Shown here piece by piece: positions 1-9,786 of a DNA stretch of 64,000 bases. Position numbers and translations under genes: made by a program. Each line of letters starts with the position of its first letter. Position 1 is the first letter of the stretch. This stretch comes from an uncultured Chthonomonadaceae bacterium (GTDB lineage: Bacteria; Armatimonadota; Chthonomonadetes; Chthonomonadales; Chthonomonadaceae), in NCBI GenBank assembly GCA_963817895.1, contig CAWFQB010000014.1, positions 608,001 through 672,000 on the forward strand, read 5' to 3'. The notes under the pieces are model-generated. The model did not search any database, had not been told where the DNA came from, and saw only the letters and a program-made list of their open reading frames with translations.

Positions 1-903
1 GCGCATGTCTTCGGCGAGCGTCTGGATTTCGTCCGTTTCCAGCCCCACGAGCGGCGCAAGCGGCGTCAGCAGTTCCATGACGCGAACGCGCTGTCGTTCC
101 AGAATATCGCGCCCCCTTTCCGCATCCTCATCCTGCAAACGGTCGCGCCTGTCCTCGTATTCCGCATACGCTTGCAGGTGTCCATCCAGTATCCCCCGCG
201 CTTCCGCCTGCAAGTCTTGCAGCAGGGTTCGCACCGCGCCCACGAGCATCTCCTGATTGGCCTCATGCCCGCCGAGCGGATACGCCTGCCGCTCCCACGC
301 CTCCAAATCCATTGCCAGATCGCGTTCGATCTGCTTCCAATCCGCAAACGTTTCACGCCGAAACCGATCCCACAGCAGTTTCAATCCGCGTACCGTATCG
401 GGCGCAAGGCCGTTCGCGCCCTCCTGCGCCCACTCGGTCAGCGCAAGGGCAACGTCCAAATCCAGAGCGCAGACGGGTTTGAGCGGATCATCGAACTGCC
501 ATACCATCAGCCGCCTGCCGTTCGTCAGCCAGCCCGCGCGCAATCCCAATCCGCGCAGATACCCGGACAATTGGGCTAAATGGCTTTCCGGGTCATTCGG
601 ATCAAGCGTCAATTCCAGTCCCGTGCTTTTGTCTTCTATCACGAAACAGGGGCCGAAATCCGGCACCTGCGGCGCGAAGTCCGGGCGTCCGTTCTTGTTG
701 TTCTGGTTGTACACCTGCTCACCCGGCGCAAAGCCGAGTAAACTCAGCAGCGGGCCGACAATGGCATTATCCACAACAGACGCTTCATCGCCACCGCGTT
801 TGGGCGCGGGGCGTTGCAGGTAGCGCAGGAAATCACTCCCCTTGAACTGCGGCTGCATAAAGAGCGCGAAAAAGCCTGCCTGAAATTCGTCAAATGTGGA
901 CAT
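1..903 (-). CDS. Restriction endonuclease-like protein (HsdR N-terminal / type IIG-like PD-(D/E)xK domain), runs off window edge
   Basis: Not in ORF track; manual translation from ATG 903: MSTFDEFQAGFF...GRPDFAP...FVIEDK...LAQLSGYL...GWLTNGRRLMVW, the PD...ExK...QxxxY...LTNG pattern. Confidence 0.7.
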   Translation of the reverse strand, partial: MSTFDEFQAGFFALFMQPQFKGSDFLRYLQRPAPKRGGDEASVVDNAIVGPLLSLLGFAPGEQVYNQNNKNGRPDFAPQVPDFGPCFVIEDKSTGLELTLDPNDPESHLAQLSGYLRGLGLRAGWLTNGRRLMVWQFDDPLKPVCALDLDVALALTEWAQEGANGLAPDTVRGLKLLWDRFRRETFADWKQIERDLAMDLEAWERQAYPLGGHEANQEMLVGAVRTLLQDLQAEARGILDGHLQAYAEYEDRRDRLQDEDAERGRDILERQRVRVMELLTPLAPLVGLETDEIQTLAEDMR

Positions 904-1038
904 GAGGGACACCTTACCGCGCCGGGGATGTTTGACAGCGCAGGACTATTATATTCAGGCGTCTACGTTTTGTCAATACGCATTCAATAGGCGGTGGGGC
1001 AGGTTGCGGGTACAATACAGGTGGAGGAACCAATTGCC

Positions 1039-1830
1039 ATGAAAGCGCGACGATGGTTACTGATGCTGACGCTGATTTTCGCAGCAGTCGGGGCGTGTGG
1101 ACTGTGGGTATGGCAGGCAAAGCGGCAGTACGCGCTCAATCGCCAACTCATTGCCGCTCTAGTTCACAACGACAGCAAACAGGCGCTTACCCTCGTCAAT
1201 ATGGGAGCCGACCCGAACACGCGCTACGCCCCGCCGCCTTCTCCTACTTTGAAACTGCTGCTCAACCAACTGCTGCTGCACCGTTCCTCTGTACCTGCCG
1301 ATGACAGTTCTACGGCATTCATGTTCGTTTGTAGCGCGGCATGGTACGGAGCAGGCAACCACATCAGGATTAGTTTCAACTCGCCGGAAGACATACCTCT
1401 GGTTCGAGCTATGCTTATACATGGCGCGGACTGTAAGGCAACCGCCTCACAACAAAACTGGTCTGCTCTGCATTGCGCCGTTTGGAAGGGCCGCCCGCAG
1501 ACGGTTCAACTGCTGCTGGAACACGGCGCGAACATTAACCAACAGGATATTTTGGGCATGACGCCGCTGATGCAATCTGTGATGCCCAATCGTGGGGATA
1601 TGACGCGCCTGCTGTTAGATCATGGCGCAAGTGTCTCTATTGAGACGCGCAGTGGGGATAGCGCTTTACATATGGCCGTATGGTATGAAATTGACAAGAG
1701 CATCATTCGTCAGCTTCTAGCGCATGGAGCCAACCCAAACCTTGCAGACAAAAAGGGAGAAACTCCCCTCCTGCTTGCGCAAAAGCAAAGCCATTCTGAC
1801 ATTGTGAAATTGCTGTGGCGAAAACGGTAG
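1039..1830 (+). CDS. Ankyrin-repeat protein with N-terminal membrane anchor
   Basis: Repeated SALH/TPL...LL.HGA.N motifs; GGAGG upstream of ATG 1039. Confidence 0.9.
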   Translation: MKARRWLLMLTLIFAAVGACGLWVWQAKRQYALNRQLIAALVHNDSKQALTLVNMGADPNTRYAPPPSPTLKLLLNQLLLHRSSVPADDSSTAFMFVCSAAWYGAGNHIRISFNSPEDIPLVRAMLIHGADCKATASQQNWSALHCAVWKGRPQTVQLLLEHGANINQQDILGMTPLMQSVMPNRGDMTRLLLDHGASVSIETRSGDSALHMAVWYEIDKSIIRQLLAHGANPNLADKKGETPLLLAQKQSHSDIVKLLWRKR

Positions 1831-1832
1831 CC

Positions 1833-2034
1833 TCTACCCTCATCCGGCCTCCGGCCACCTTCTCCCTGCAAGGGAGAAGGCTAAACTGCTCATCTGGCGC
1901 GTTGGTTATGGGGTTGTTTCAGGCGTAGAATTTTCTTCTTTATACGCTTGCTTATTCCCTGTTGAACCGCCCATTGAACAATTTAGCCTTCTCCCTTGCA
2001 GGGAGAAGGTGGCCGGAGGCCGGATGAGGGTAGA
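1833..2034. repeat. REPIN-like doublet, 53-bp perfect inverted arms
   Basis: 1833-1885 is the reverse complement of 1982-2034; each arm has an internal CCTTCTCCC..GGGAGAAGG hairpin. Confidence 0.9.
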
Positions 2035-2159
2035 AACCCCCAACTATTTCCCCAAAAACGCCCTGAACATACTTCTAAAAACGCCGCCCAATGTTAATAT
2101 AACGTTGCTTGCCTAAACCGAATACCGTCCCCACTAACAAGGGAGGGAGGTGCAAAAAG

Positions 2160-2186
2160 ATGCCGATTTACATCCGCCCGCCCTGA
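2160..2186 (+). CDS. Candidate micro-ORF MPIYIRPP
   Basis: GGAGGTG 7 nt upstream of ATG; TGA at 2184-2186. Confidence 0.3.
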   Translation: MPIYIRPP

Positions 2187-2240
2187 CGCGCCCGAGGTCA
2201 CGACGCCTCTTCTTAAAAACTAGACACAACGAGACCGAGT

Positions 2241-2287
2241 GCTGAAAGCGCTGCATTGCCACTATTTCGACAACGTCTCTACATATT
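2241..2287 (-). repeat. 47-bp dispersed repeat (copy 1)
   Basis: 44/47 identical to the reverse complement of 29833-29879. Confidence 0.85.
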
Positions 2288-2295
2288 TCTCTCCC

Positions 2296-5200
2296 TCACC
2301 TATCGAATTCCAGCAGCCAGTGGTCAGGGAATGCGCCATCATAGACGATCTGCCCGTCCGTTTCACCTCGGCGCAGGTTGGTTTTGCGCAGCAGGCTTTT
2401 GGCTGTGCCGGGAATGACGATGTGGGCGATATGCTTCCCGAAACACGTATGTTGACCGGCCCCGAAGTGGATGTAATCCGCGTAGGGACGACCGGCATTG
2501 AAAGCATCGGGATCGGGGAACTTGTCTTCATCGAACATGGCTGAGGTGGTGCCGACAATAACCAGCGTACCCTTGTGAATCAGGCGTTCGCGGGTTGTTC
2601 CCTGTGCCACAACCGTATCCTGTTCGCAGTGCCGCAGCAGGAACGGATTTTGCGGGTTGAAGCGCAGCGCCTCGAACACATACGCGGCGACAGTCGCGTC
2701 GTCATCGGCAAGCGCGGCCTGATGCGCGAGGGCAAGGGCGTCCGGGCGATCCAGCAGTTGATCCAACGCCTGCGTAATGGCTTTGGAATTGGTGTCTACC
2801 GTGCCGACAATCGTGCCGCCCAGTATCCGGCGAATGGTATCATCGTCCACGCTGCCGGGCTGTTCGTTTTCCATTTTCAGCAGGCGGCTGAGAAAATCGT
2901 CATGGCGTTCAGGGTTGGCGAGGACATCGGTTTTGAGCGACGCGATGCGCGCGTTCAGATAGGCGTTCAAGTCTGCCGCATCGGCAACCGCCTGTTCGCG
3001 CATCCCCGTATCGTTGCCCAGATTCAGGAAAATATCGCGGAAGATAGAGCGCATCCAGCGCATCTGCGTGGCCTCGTCCGGCCCCGGCATTCCAAAGTAG
3101 CCGGCGACAAGGCGCGACGGCACAACGCGGGAAAGCTGTCCCACCGCGTCTATGCGCCCTTCCGAAGCCACCGTTGCCACCAATGTATCCGCCGTTTGCG
3201 CCACAAACTTTTGTATGTACGCGAGATCATCCGCGTGAACGGTCTGGTGCATCAGTTCACATTCCCGATGGTACTGCGGCGTATCCCCCATACCCAGCAC
3301 AAAGTCGCCGGTTTCGCGCTCCATTTTCGCGGCATAGATTTCCGTGACCGAAAACGAGGCTTCATTGTTCAGCACTTCCAGCACATCGGCGTATTTGGAC
3401 ACGACCGCGAGGCCGGGAACCACCATAATGGGGTCGTGTTCGCGCAGGTGCTTGAACAGGGCGCGTAGAGGTATCGGGCGCGCGAGCATACCCTCCAGTT
3501 TTTTGGTGAATACTTCCTTCAAATTAACCAGTTCGTGATGCAGAGTCTGCTCTTCGGCAAGCGCGTCCTGCCATAAATGGTGCAATATGCCGCCCATCAT
3601 TCCTCCTGTTGTTATCGTTGGTCCGGCAGTCTGCCCGACGGCTGCTGCCGGTTCCGTTATGGTCGCCTGAATTGGCGCAGTTGCCTGACTTGGCGCGGCC
3701 GCCTGCGTCATCACAGGTGTCGCGTTTGCCGTAGGCGTTTCATCCATTGCCGACTTTTGGTTTGCCGCAGGCGTTGCGTTTGCCGCAGATGTTTGATTTA
3801 TTACCGATGTTTGAGTTGTTACCGGCGTCTGGTTTGCCGCTCCGGGCAGGGCTGTTTCGGCTAGAAATCGGAGGGCGCGGACACCCGGCATAAAGAAATA
3901 GCCGCCGCCCCGCACCCGCACGAAGCGGGGAATATCGTTGAGTTTCATGCGAACGGGCTGCGCGGGGATGCTCAATCGGCCTTTGCCGTCGTCGTTGTCG
4001 CCGATGAGCGGGTCCTTTTCATCGTACAGGCCGCCGAATTTCGTGCTGTTGAGCCACGTCTGCTGCACGAACTCGAACTGCCGCTGAATGTCGGCGTTCA
4101 AACAGATAAAGCACAGCCCCGGTTCCACGCCGGTCGGATTCCACGTTTCGCCCGGTTTGCGCTTGTCTTCAAAGTGCCGCCCGCGCCGCACAATCCTATG
4201 TCGGTTGGAAAGCACATTGGAACGGGCGGGATTGGGCAGCAGCGAGTCGCGGGGGTTGGCGCGGCGAATATGCGCCCCAATCGGGCAGGCCAATCCCTCG
4301 GCGTCCGTCGTCATAAAATGAAAATCGTTGGTATCGCGCAGGTCGGGCTTGTTGTCCTGAGTTGGGGAGAGCGTGAGCGGAGCGCCGCTCGGCCAGCGCC
4401 CGACAATTTTAGCGGCAATCCAGTTGGTCGTGTCCTGCGTATCGTCCAGTCCCAACTGCGCGGCTTGCCCCTTGACGTAGTTCCAGAAGCCGTCCACGTT
4501 CTGCCCCAACTTGCGGTAAATCAGGTACGTGCCGTTCCTGCCGAAATCCTTTGTGTTGGCGCTTCCACTCGTCGGCGCGGGCAGAAGGGCATTGGTGTCG
4601 GCGGAAGCGGGAACGGTTGGCGAAGTGGGAATCATGTCGTAGCCGTTGCGATAGCCGAACACAAACTCGCCCGCGTTGACCGGCGTATCACCGGGCGTAC
4701 ATTTGCCCGGACTGCCCGAAATGAACGGCTGCGAAATGCCGTCTTCAAAACCGAACGGCTCCTTGTTGCTGATACGCCCCGTATCCTGCTCATACACGAT
4801 TTTCAGCCCGCCGGTTTCTATCGCGGGCAGCAGGCGATTGCGAACCTCTGTCAGAACCTCATCCCCCTCCGCGTACAGCATCAGCAGCAGGTGAAACGGA
4901 GGGTTGTTCGGCCCGCCCATGTCCCATTTGTCGGGCGCGCTGTCGCCCGTATCGCCCAGGACGCGGGGCCGTTCGCCGCTTGCCATGCCCTCCTGAAACT
5001 CGCGGGCGAACATCGCCAGCGATTCGGGGGGAAGACCAAGCAGGCGCAGTCCCTCATACGTGAACGCGATATTGAAGCCGAAGGTGGGTTTGGGTTCGCC
5101 GCTCGGGCGGTACGCCGATGTGGTAATGAACGGCAACAACTGCTTCAATCCCGCCCGCGCCTGTTCGGGCGACCCGATTTGCAGGAACATGAACAGGGAA

Positions 5201-5307
5201 CAGGTGAGATGCCCGTATCCGCTCGTTACCAATCCCTGTATGTCGGGCAGTTCTTCCCGGCGCAGCTGCGTGTCGCTCGCGCTGTTTTCTAAAGTTTCTT
5301 GAGCCAT
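2296..5307 (-). CDS. DyP-type peroxidase / cytochrome P450 fusion
   Basis: DyP motifs GFEDGISQP, AHIRRANPR, RIVRRG; T/A/P-rich linker; P450 motifs EALR and HFGAGQHTCFG. Confidence 0.9.
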   Translation of the reverse strand: MAQETLENSASDTQLRREELPDIQGLVTSGYGHLTCSLFMFLQIGSPEQARAGLKQLLPFITTSAYRPSGEPKPTFGFNIAFTYEGLRLLGLPPESLAMFAREFQEGMASGERPRVLGDTGDSAPDKWDMGGPNNPPFHLLLMLYAEGDEVLTEVRNRLLPAIETGGLKIVYEQDTGRISNKEPFGFEDGISQPFISGSPGKCTPGDTPVNAGEFVFGYRNGYDMIPTSPTVPASADTNALLPAPTSGSANTKDFGRNGTYLIYRKLGQNVDGFWNYVKGQAAQLGLDDTQDTTNWIAAKIVGRWPSGAPLTLSPTQDNKPDLRDTNDFHFMTTDAEGLACPIGAHIRRANPRDSLLPNPARSNVLSNRHRIVRRGRHFEDKRKPGETWNPTGVEPGLCFICLNADIQRQFEFVQQTWLNSTKFGGLYDEKDPLIGDNDDGKGRLSIPAQPVRMKLNDIPRFVRVRGGGYFFMPGVRALRFLAETALPGAANQTPVTTQTSVINQTSAANATPAANQKSAMDETPTANATPVMTQAAAPSQATAPIQATITEPAAAVGQTAGPTITTGGMMGGILHHLWQDALAEEQTLHHELVNLKEVFTKKLEGMLARPIPLRALFKHLREHDPIMVVPGLAVVSKYADVLEVLNNEASFSVTEIYAAKMERETGDFVLGMGDTPQYHRECELMHQTVHADDLAYIQKFVAQTADTLVATVASEGRIDAVGQLSRVVPSRLVAGYFGMPGPDEATQMRWMRSIFRDIFLNLGNDTGMREQAVADAADLNAYLNARIASLKTDVLANPERHDDFLSRLLKMENEQPGSVDDDTIRRILGGTIVGTVDTNSKAITQALDQLLDRPDALALAHQAALADDDATVAAYVFEALRFNPQNPFLLRHCEQDTVVAQGTTRERLIHKGTLVIVGTTSAMFDEDKFPDPDAFNAGRPYADYIHFGAGQHTCFGKHIAHIVIPGTAKSLLRKTNLRRGETDGQIVYDGAFPDHWLLEFDR

Positions 5308-6548
5308 TCCGTAATCTCCGCCTCACCGGGGTTGCCGTTCAGCGTTTCGCTGATTTGTACCGACTCGGTGATGTTGCGCACGGTTGCGTTGGGATACGCG
5401 CTGTACCAGATCGCCGCATACTCGTTGCCGCGCCGGCTCCACGCTTTGAAGTCCTCGATGTGCTGCGCGCCGCCGAAAAACAGAAAGCGCGTGGTGGGGA
5501 AGTTGTCCGTGTTGCTCCACACCGAGGTCAGGCCGTAATTGGCTTTGTCCACAAAGTCGCCTAAATAACTGGCCCAACTGCCGTCATAGTTGCTGAAGAA
5601 CAGCAGGCGTTTATCATCGTCAATCAGCAGCCAGCGGGCAAAGTGAATGGTCGGGATGCCGCCCAGTTGCCCCGTGATAAACACGGTCTTCGCCAGCAGA
5701 TTGATGATCCAGAGGACGCCTTTGAGCGTGTTCAGCCTGAATTTACCGGGCTTGATGTTGGTCAGCGTGGTAAGGTGGTTTTGTACCCAGATGTCTTCCT
5801 TGCCGAACAAGCGCGGGTCTACTCCCAACAGGGGTGGTCCGGGCGTGGTATCGTCATGGTGTTCGTACCGGCGCAACGTGGGGACATACCACAGCAGAAA
5901 CAGGAGCAGGGCGGGCAGCAGCAGGATGCCTATGACAACCGCCAGCGCCATATTCAGGTGTGAACGCTTTACAAGGCTGCTGTACGAGTCGGAAGTTTGA
6001 AAGGCCGGAACAACCGGATTTTTGCCCAGATACGCACGAACCCGCTCGAATATCTGTTTGGGTGTCTGGCCGCGCAGGGTTTTGGCGGACTGTTCCGCGT
6101 CCAGACAGGCTTCGATGCCTGCCCGCGTGGCGAGAGCGCTTTTGATGACGGGAAGCGATTGCCCGTAGCAGCCGATGTAGAACGCGGCGTCCGCCACCCG
6201 GTTCGCCAGCAGATATTGCTTCAGTCGCGCCGGCGCGCCGTCCGTTCCAACCGCAAAGCCCTCGCAATGGGCGTAAATCTGCCGCAGTCCTTCGGGCGCA
6301 AGAGTGACAAACTCCTCCAGATGCGCGTCTATTGTGCCGTCGAAATTGGTTTCCCACACGAGGCAGGGCGCGAAATTCGTGTCCCGCTTCAGCACCACCC
6401 AACAGGTGAAGTGCAGCGTTTGAAATTTGGGGAACGGAATCAGGGAGTTGCCCTGAATATCCCCGCCGATGCTGTCCAGCAATGTTTCCAGCGCGTCCAC
6501 TTCGCCTGCTTTGATGCGCGTGACCACACTGAGCGCGTTTTGCGCCAT
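5289..6548 (-). CDS. DyP-associated hypothetical protein with two homologous domains and one TM segment
   Basis: AGGAGG before ATG 6548; QNxL..IK..HFxxW..NxDG pattern occurs twice; stop overlaps DyP-P450 start. Confidence 0.8.
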   Translation of the reverse strand: MAQNALSVVTRIKAGEVDALETLLDSIGGDIQGNSLIPFPKFQTLHFTCWVVLKRDTNFAPCLVWETNFDGTIDAHLEEFVTLAPEGLRQIYAHCEGFAVGTDGAPARLKQYLLANRVADAAFYIGCYGQSLPVIKSALATRAGIEACLDAEQSAKTLRGQTPKQIFERVRAYLGKNPVVPAFQTSDSYSSLVKRSHLNMALAVVIGILLLPALLLFLLWYVPTLRRYEHHDDTTPGPPLLGVDPRLFGKEDIWVQNHLTTLTNIKPGKFRLNTLKGVLWIINLLAKTVFITGQLGGIPTIHFARWLLIDDDKRLLFFSNYDGSWASYLGDFVDKANYGLTSVWSNTDNFPTTRFLFFGGAQHIEDFKAWSRRGNEYAAIWYSAYPNATVRNITESVQISETLNGNPGEAEITEWLKKL

Positions 6549-6870
6549 AATGTCCTCCTGACGCGATGCAAAAAGCCAACGCTCCATACAACGTTTCGGT
6601 CTAACTCTTTCGTAGCATATTGTTCTGTAAAGAATACCTGTATTCCTTTGTCCTGTATGTAACTTTCGTAACATTTTCGCCGTTAATTGCGCCACTTGTA
6701 TCCAAACTGCCGTTTGACTTTGCGTGTCGCTTCGGCCTATAATAGTGTATCTACTTCTGTGCCGCCTTCAGGAACAGCCCGTCATGCCCTGTCACCCATT
6801 TCGTCAACTAAGTAGACCGAGGGCTAAAGTTCGTAGATTCTACATCTCGAAAAACTACGAACTTAGTCCG

Positions 6871-7638
6871 ATGCCCGCCTTAGTCATTCTGCTTTTCCTT
6901 TTTATTTTGCTTCCGCCTGCAAAGGCGTATGTGCCGACTTCCGCGTACAAGCCCCGGCAGATGGAAGGGTTTACCGTTCTGGTCAATCCTGAACTGGAAA
7001 CCCATGCGGAGGAGGCGAAAGCGGCGTTTCAGGAACTGACGGCGCAGTTGAAGGCTATCAATGGCGTTGTGCCGGATAAGCCGCTGAACGCCCTGCACAA
7101 AGTAAAAATCTGGCTGGAATGGGAGAACCGCAAGGATGGGGCGGCGGAGTTTCACCCCTCCGCGCAATGGCTGCGGGAACACGGCTACAATCCCGACAAA
7201 GCGGGTTGCGTGGAGATTTCCAATGCGGCCCACTTCGTACAATGGTCCCATAACGAACAGCCCTGGATGCTGCTGCACGAGATGGCGCATAGCTATCGCT
7301 TTCTGACGCTCGGCGATAAATTTACGGGCGTACAGGAGGCGTATGCGCAGGCGATGCGCGACAAACTCTATGATTCGGTCGCGTATGTTCACGGAACCGA
7401 CAGGCGCAAAGCCTACGCCGCCACCAACGCGGAAGAGTATTTCGCGGAGTTGTCGGAAGCCTACTTCGGCAAAAACGATTTTTACCCGTTTGTCCGCGAG
7501 GAGTTGGAGCGGCACGATCCCACAGGTTACAAACTCATGGTTCAGGTTTCGGGCAAGCCGAAATCTTCGTCCCGAATTGAAGATGTACCCGTACCTGTTT
7601 TCAATAACAACGAACAAAAGAGCAAACCACACTTATGA
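6871..7638 (+). CDS. Secreted zinc metallopeptidase
   Basis: Signal peptide, HEMAH (HExxH), YAATNAEEYFAE. Confidence 0.8.
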   Translation: MPALVILLFLFILLPPAKAYVPTSAYKPRQMEGFTVLVNPELETHAEEAKAAFQELTAQLKAINGVVPDKPLNALHKVKIWLEWENRKDGAAEFHPSAQWLREHGYNPDKAGCVEISNAAHFVQWSHNEQPWMLLHEMAHSYRFLTLGDKFTGVQEAYAQAMRDKLYDSVAYVHGTDRRKAYAATNAEEYFAELSEAYFGKNDFYPFVREELERHDPTGYKLMVQVSGKPKSSSRIEDVPVPVFNNNEQKSKPHL

Positions 7639-8537
7639 CTCAACCGACACCATGGAAAGGCGTATTTCCCGCCGCCACAACCCAATTGAAAGCCGACCAA
7701 TCCCTTGATCTGGACGCCACAGCGCGGCATCTGGAAATTCTCATTCAGTCCGGCGTTCACGGCATTGTGATGTGCGGTTCACTCGGCGAGAACCAGACGC
7801 TTTTGCCGGAAGAGAAGCGCGACGTGATGCGAATGGCGATTTCCGCAGTGGATAAGCGCGTTCCCGTTCTGAGCGGCGTGGCCGAAAATTCTACATCTGC
7901 CGCCTGCGCTTACGTCAAAGACATGGAGAGGATGGGCGCGGATGGCGTGATGGTACTGCCCGCAATGGTGTACAAAGCGGATGCGCGGGAAACCGCCGCC
8001 CACTTCCGCGCCGTCGCCGCTTCCACATCCCTGCCCATTATTGTCTACAACAATCCTATCGGCTATCACGTAGACGTGACGCCCGCGATGTTCGCGGAAC
8101 TGGCGGAAGTGGAAAACCTTGTCGCCATTAAAGAATCGTCCGCCGACACAACCCGCATTACTGAATTGTTCAACACGGTCGGGGATCGTTACGCGATTTT
8201 CGGCGGCGTGGACACGCTTGCGTTGGAATGTACGATGCTTGGCGCGGTCGGCTGGATTGCGGGAGTGGGGCTGGCATTCCCCCGCGAAAACGCCCGTTTG
8301 TGGGAGTTGATGATGGCCGGGGAATGGGAACAGGCGCGAACCTTATGGCGCTGGTTCCTGCCCCTGATGACGCTCGACATCGGCCCCCATTTCGTGCAGA
8401 AGATCAAACTGGCCTTGCAGGAGGTTGGCATGGGGCAGGAGTGGGTACGCGCCCCTCGTCTGCCGCTTGCGGGCGCGGAGCGCGAATCGGTGTTGAAACT
8501 TATTCGGGCTGGTATTGAGACACGGCCTTTGTCTTGA
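7635..8537 (+). CDS. DapA-family protein, probable 1-pyrroline-4-hydroxy-2-carboxylate deaminase
   Basis: GSLGE, YNNP, IKESS motifs; hydroxyproline operon context. Confidence 0.85.
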   Translation: MTQPTPWKGVFPAATTQLKADQSLDLDATARHLEILIQSGVHGIVMCGSLGENQTLLPEEKRDVMRMAISAVDKRVPVLSGVAENSTSAACAYVKDMERMGADGVMVLPAMVYKADARETAAHFRAVAASTSLPIIVYNNPIGYHVDVTPAMFAELAEVENLVAIKESSADTTRITELFNTVGDRYAIFGGVDTLALECTMLGAVGWIAGVGLAFPRENARLWELMMAGEWEQARTLWRWFLPLMTLDIGPHFVQKIKLALQEVGMGQEWVRAPRLPLAGAERESVLKLIRAGIETRPLS

Positions 8538-8660
8538 ACCCGGATTTTCAGGATTAACGGATTTCAGGATTTCAGGGCGCAAGATTACCGATTTCACGAT
8601 TAATGGGCAGTGAGCCATCCTGTTCATCCAGTAATCCTGAAAATCCGGGTTCAAGACAAA
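8528..8660. repeat. Inverted-repeat element with GTCTTGAACC ends
   Basis: 29-bp perfect IR TTTGTCTTGAACCCGGATTTTCAGGATTA; contains the upstream gene's stop codon. Confidence 0.9.
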
Positions 8661-8670
8661 AATACCCTTT

Positions 8671-9675
8671 ATGAACAGAGTCACTGTAATAGATTCACAT
8701 ACGGGCGGGGAGCCGACGCGGGTTGTTGTCAATGGTGCGCCGGAGTTGGGCAACGGCAGCGTTGCGGAACAGTTGCGCATGTTTCAAACGCGGTTTGACC
8801 ACTTCCGCGCCGCCGTTGTCAATGAGCCGCGCGGTTCCGATGTGCTGGTGGGCGCGTTGCTCGTCGAGTCTCAGGAACCGGATTGCGTGACGGGCGTGAT
8901 TTTCTTCAACAACGTCGGCTATTTGGGCATGTGTGGACATGGAACCATTGGCCTTGTGGTTACGCTGGCACATTTGGGGCGAATTTCTCCCGGCAAACAC
9001 CGCATTGAAACCCCGGTTGGCATTGTCACGGCGACGTTGCACGAGGCAGGCGACGTTTCGGTTCAGAATGTGCCTGCGTATCGTCATGCAAAGGGCGTGA
9101 GCGCGTCGGTTGAAGGTATAGGAACCCTGCGCGGCGATGTGGCGTGGGGCGGCAACTGGTTTTTTCTGGTCGAGGAACACGGACAGGAATTAAACCTGCG
9201 CAATGTCGAAGCCCTGACGGATTATACATGGCGGATACGGCAGGCGCTATCCACTCAGGGCATTACAGGACGGGATGGGCAGGAGATTGACCATATCGAA
9301 CTGTTCGCGCCCTCCGAAACTCCCAACGTTCACAGCCGCAACTTCGTGCTGTGTCCCGGCAAGGCTTATGATCGCTCGCCCTGCGGAACCGGCACAAGCG
9401 CGAAACTGGCCTGTTTGTATGCGGACGGCAAACTACGCGCCGGTGAAATCTGGCGGCAGGAGAGCATCGTCGGCAGCCTTTTCGAGGGCAGTATCCACGA
9501 GGAAAACGGTTCGCTCATCCCGACCATTCGCGGTTCCGCCTACGTCAACGCGGAAGCAACCCTGATTTTCAACCCTGACGATCCTTTCTGTTGGGGGATT
9601 GCCCTCACCCCCGCCCCTCTCCCAAAAAAGCCTGAGAGAGGGGAGACTGATATACTGGAAAATGGGGCTGAATAG
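8671..9675 (+). CDS. 4-hydroxyproline 2-epimerase (proline racemase family)
   Basis: [15 protein letters not shown] and DRSPCGTG catalytic Cys motifs. Confidence 0.92.
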   Translation: MNRVTVIDSHTGGEPTRVVVNGAPELGNGSVAEQLRMFQTRFDHFRAAVVNEPRGSDVLVGALLVESQEPDCVTGVIFFNNVGYLGMCGHGTIGLVVTLAHLGRISPGKHRIETPVGIVTATLHEAGDVSVQNVPAYRHAKGVSASVEGIGTLRGDVAWGGNWFFLVEEHGQELNLRNVEALTDYTWRIRQALSTQGITGRDGQEIDHIELFAPSETPNVHSRNFVLCPGKAYDRSPCGTGTSAKLACLYADGKLRAGEIWRQESIVGSLFEGSIHEENGSLIPTIRGSAYVNAEATLIFNPDDPFCWGIALTPAPLPKKPERGETDILENGAE

Positions 9676-9786
9676 TTGCCTGTTTTATTCTTGCCTCGGA
9701 AACTGCAAAAGCAGAAAACATAACTTCATCAAAAATAAAGCCCCCTCTCCCAAGCTTTTTGGGGAGAGGGGGTTGGGGGTGAGGGC
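9601..9786. repeat. REPIN-like doublet (CCCTCACCCC family)
   Basis: GCCCTCACCCCC..CCCCTCTCCC at 9601 and GGGAGAGGGGG..GGGGTGAGGGC ending 9786. Confidence 0.8.

Noticed and set aside
2160..2186. Biarylitide-type precursor for the P450
   Set aside because: Lacks the MxYxH pattern and lies convergent to, not upstream of, the P450.
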